Assembly (NCBI GenBank): GCA_010093705.1
Contig: MU006093.1
Coordinates: 1,385,301 to 1,449,300 of the forward strand
Direction of reading: 5' to 3'
DNA from: Patellaria atrata CBS 101060
Lineage: Eukaryota
Length of the DNA: 64,000 nt
The notes under the pieces: generated by a model
Told to the model about the DNA's origin: nothing
What the model saw: only the letters and a program-made list of their open reading frames with translations
Databases searched by the model: none
Part shown: positions 61,312 through 64,000 of the stretch, in pieces
Layout: each line of letters starts with the position of its first letter
Position numbering within the stretch: the first letter of the stretch is position 1
Program-made: the position numbers and the translations under genes

Positions 61312-61521
61312 ATAAAATAAAAGTAGAATTTCCTTTGCAAGGGTCTCACCCAGATCCTGCCCACCAAGATCCTGCGTGCCCTTTCGTCTGGGGAGCGGTG
61401 ATTTAAGCAAATTTCACCCACCTGGACTTCAAACTTACAGAGTCTATGAGAACGCCATTATCGATCGTGGCTTGATTTTTCGTATCTAATTGCCTTGACT
61501 ATCATACAACAAGACTCGACC

Positions 61522-63134
61522 ATGCCTAAGGTTACAGATGTACTGTACTATCTGGTTCATGTCCAGGAGCTAAGATCAATAATACAGTGGTGAGTTAGTT
61601 CAAACTTATAAGTCGCTATAGCATCAACTGAATATATGCAGGAAAGTCTGGCATAACCCTGTCCATGAACGAGACGAATCTACAGAGTCTAAAACCCTTC
61701 GAAGATGCTTCTACTTCCTCGATCAAACGAGCAGAAGCTTTAGCGCGGTGATCAAGGAGCTAAACCCTGAGCTCCTCGTCCCCATATGTTTGTTCTATCT
61801 TATACTCCGAGGCCTCGACACGATTGAGGATGATATGACAATTAAGTTGGGGGAGAAAGAACCGTTATTAAGGGAGTTCGATAACATACTCGAAAAGGAT
61901 GGGTGGACGTATAATGGTAATGGACCAGATGAGACAGACAGGCAATTACTCGTCGAGTTTGATTGCGTTATCACCGAGTTTGTGAAGATAAAACCCGCTT
62001 ACAGGGCCATCATTAAGGATATCACGAAAAAGATGGGAGACGGAATGGCGGATTTTGCAAGCAATGCGGAATATAACGCTAACGGCGTAAATAAGATCTC
62101 GGACTACGAACTCTACTGCCATTACGTGGCGGGATTAGTTGGCGAAGGTCTCACAAAGTTGTTTGTTGAGGCCCAACTAGCCAATCCAGCACTATTACAA
62201 CGACCACACCTTCATGAGTCTATGGGACAATTGCTCCAGAATGTAAACATCATTCGGGATGTGAAGGAGGACTTCGATGACGGACGTAGATTCTATCCGA
62301 AAGAGGTCTGGTCTAAATACGCGGATAGCTTCGAGGACCTTTTCAAACCTGGGAATGAAGAAGCCGCACTTAATTGCAGCTCAGAAATGATACTTATCGC
62401 TCTTAGGCGTGCGGATGAGTGTCTTTTCTATCTTGCAGGTCTTCGTGACCAGAGTGTGTTCAATTTCTGCGCGATCCCACAGTCAATGGCAATCGCTACA
62501 CTAGATCTATGTTTCCGAAACCCCGACATGTGGAAGCGAAACGTCAAGCTCACGAAGGGTCACGCATGCCAACTTATGCTTGACTCGACACAAAATCTCC
62601 AACTAGTCTGCGATGTTTTCCGCAAGCACACTCGATCCATCCATCAGAAGAATACGCCTAAAGACCCTAACTTCATTCAGATCAGTATTGCTTGTGGAAA
62701 GGTATAACCGTCTTATATGATCCTCTCTAATATACAGAAACTCCACTAATCTTCAGTAGATCGAACAATTCATTGAAACAATCTTTCCCAGTCAACGTCC
62801 CGACCCCACACTATCCGTCAAGGATGGCCGTGTTCTTAGCCCCGAAGAGGAAGCTAAAGCTAAGAAAGAAGCGCAAGAAGCAAAATGGGATATTATCTAT
62901 ATGGGTGCCGCTGTGTTTGGTATCCTTTTCTTTATTTCACTATTTATGGTACGATATCTCATTCGACTCCAAAACTGGTTTCCTGTAGCTAATCATGTCC
63001 AGATCTTCATAGCTTACCTCGCGGGCGCACGTTTCGATGTGATATATAATCAGCTCCGTTCAGGCAACCTCGCACGACCGAGTGCGGGCGAGGCCCAGCC
63101 AATTCTCAATAATTATGAGCATCAAGAATTGTAG
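61522..63134 (+). CDS. ERG9: Squalene synthase (farnesyl-diphosphate farnesyltransferase)
   Basis: Exons 61522-61589, 61642-62701, 62760-62948 and 63003-63134. [54 protein letters not shown], a C-terminal TM helix and an HQEL ER-retrieval-like end. Confidence 0.97.
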
Positions 63135-63684
63135 TGTCAGGTCAGAGGTTAAAGGAATGATGGTCTCGCCTGTAGAAGCTAAGATGGGACCTCTGTAATC
63201 AAACTAGCAGTATTTAGTGTACATTAACTCTAACTAATCGTCAGGCGTAGCATAGGTTCGGGCGTTCGCGTTGCGCTACGTTAGGACAGTGCGGCAGGTC
63301 TGGATCAGTTGCGGTGGTAAGGTATGCTTCTTTTCGGATCATGTCCTTAAGGACCGAATGGTAATAATAGTCTCTCTGACCTTCAATTACTTTCTTATAA
63401 GTTTTCAGTTACTCTCCTAGTGATGAATCATTGTGACAGTTTTTCCTATTCCAGTATTTCGTCCTTGAACCCTTTGAAGATTCTCACTCAAACCTATGTC
63501 ATATGCAATGCCCAATCTTTATTTTACCCTACGTAACTCCGACTTGATTGGGAAGAAGTCGATAGAAACCTCAAAAAGCAAAGCACGGATGTCAAATTCC
63601 AATCCTACCCTACAATGGTTGTGGTTGGGCCGAGAAGTGCTGAGATTATATCCCACATAACCCGGCGACGGGGCCGTCGATCTT

Positions 63685-63871
63685 GTACACGAATTTCACG
63701 CTGTATGAGTGAGATGGTGTTGTGGTACATACAAAGCATTGTACGGATATCGCTTTTCTGTACGGAGAAGTAATTTGTACAGCTGCGGGTCATTTGTACA
63801 TTTTCGTTTCGCCTGTACGGTTGAGTCGAACTTTCGGCGGTGGTGTCTTGGTACCTACTGGTGTGTTGTAC
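63685..63871. repeat. Array of GTAC (mostly TGTAC) motifs at ~16-22 bp spacing with unique spacers
   Basis: GTAC at 63685, 63725, 63741, 63760, 63777, 63796, 63815, 63851 and 63868, plus GTAT at 63703. Confidence 0.7.
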
Positions 63872-64000
63872 ATCAACCGGCGGAATGTCCGCCTGGCAAT
63901 ATTTCGGCATCGAGATTTCGTATGAACAGGCGATCATGACAGTTTCAACCCCTTTATGCAGTTGTATCTTTCATAACTTGATAACGCCGAGTGCCTTCGA

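Noticed and set aside
12741..63134. Acetate/CoA-themed 'cluster' (acyl-CoA synthetase, acetate transporter, CAB4, ALDH, ERG9)
   Set aside because: Spread over 50 kb among unrelated housekeeping genes, with no backbone enzyme or cluster regulator; ordinary gene order explains it.
63685..63871. CRISPR-like interpretation of the repeat-spacer pattern
   Set aside because: The repeat is only 4-5 nt, spacers about 13 nt, the genome is eukaryotic and there are no cas genes.
63605..63937. 110-aa minus-strand ORF over the GTAC array
   Set aside because: No recognisable domain, and the motif spacing is not a multiple of three, which argues against coding origin.

Overview
Gene-dense, intron-containing nuclear DNA of a filamentous ascomycete (Pezizomycotina; a finer placement cannot be made from this window). 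It has GT-AG introns of mostly 45-130 nt with CTAAC/CTGAC branch points and one assembly gap (15625-16315). About 20 protein-coding genes can be reconstructed. Most are housekeeping: TPP1/EST3-like (partial), FAB1, ACSF3-like acyl-CoA synthetase, BolA (partial), GPR1/FUN34/YaaH acetate transporter, AAA ATPase, RPS2, a peroxisomal quinone oxidoreductase, DCAF7-like WD40, CAB4, an F-box-like protein, SPT5, PPZ1, aldehyde dehydrogenase, NTM1/TAE1, mitochondrial TyrRS (cyt-18/MSY1), a Sip1/GH36 raffinose synthase-like protein and ERG9. I recognised no tRNA, rRNA, CRISPR array or intact transposon. The most notable observations are: (1) a convergent pair of non-housekeeping genes, one an intronless Myb-like + R-S-(QxE) ADP-ribosyltransferase-like protein and the other a SET-domain methyltransferase with a putative signal peptide; (2) a hidden in-frame alternative last exon of PPZ1 whose branch point overlaps the short isoform's stop codon; (3) a phased array of GTAC motifs at about 18 bp spacing near the right end, plus two other GTAC clusters; (4) recurring C-rich-to-G-rich skew flips in gene 3' ends; (5) tandem in-frame start codons suggesting mitochondrial/cytosolic isoforms. 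All family calls come from motif recognition by eye, not database searches.
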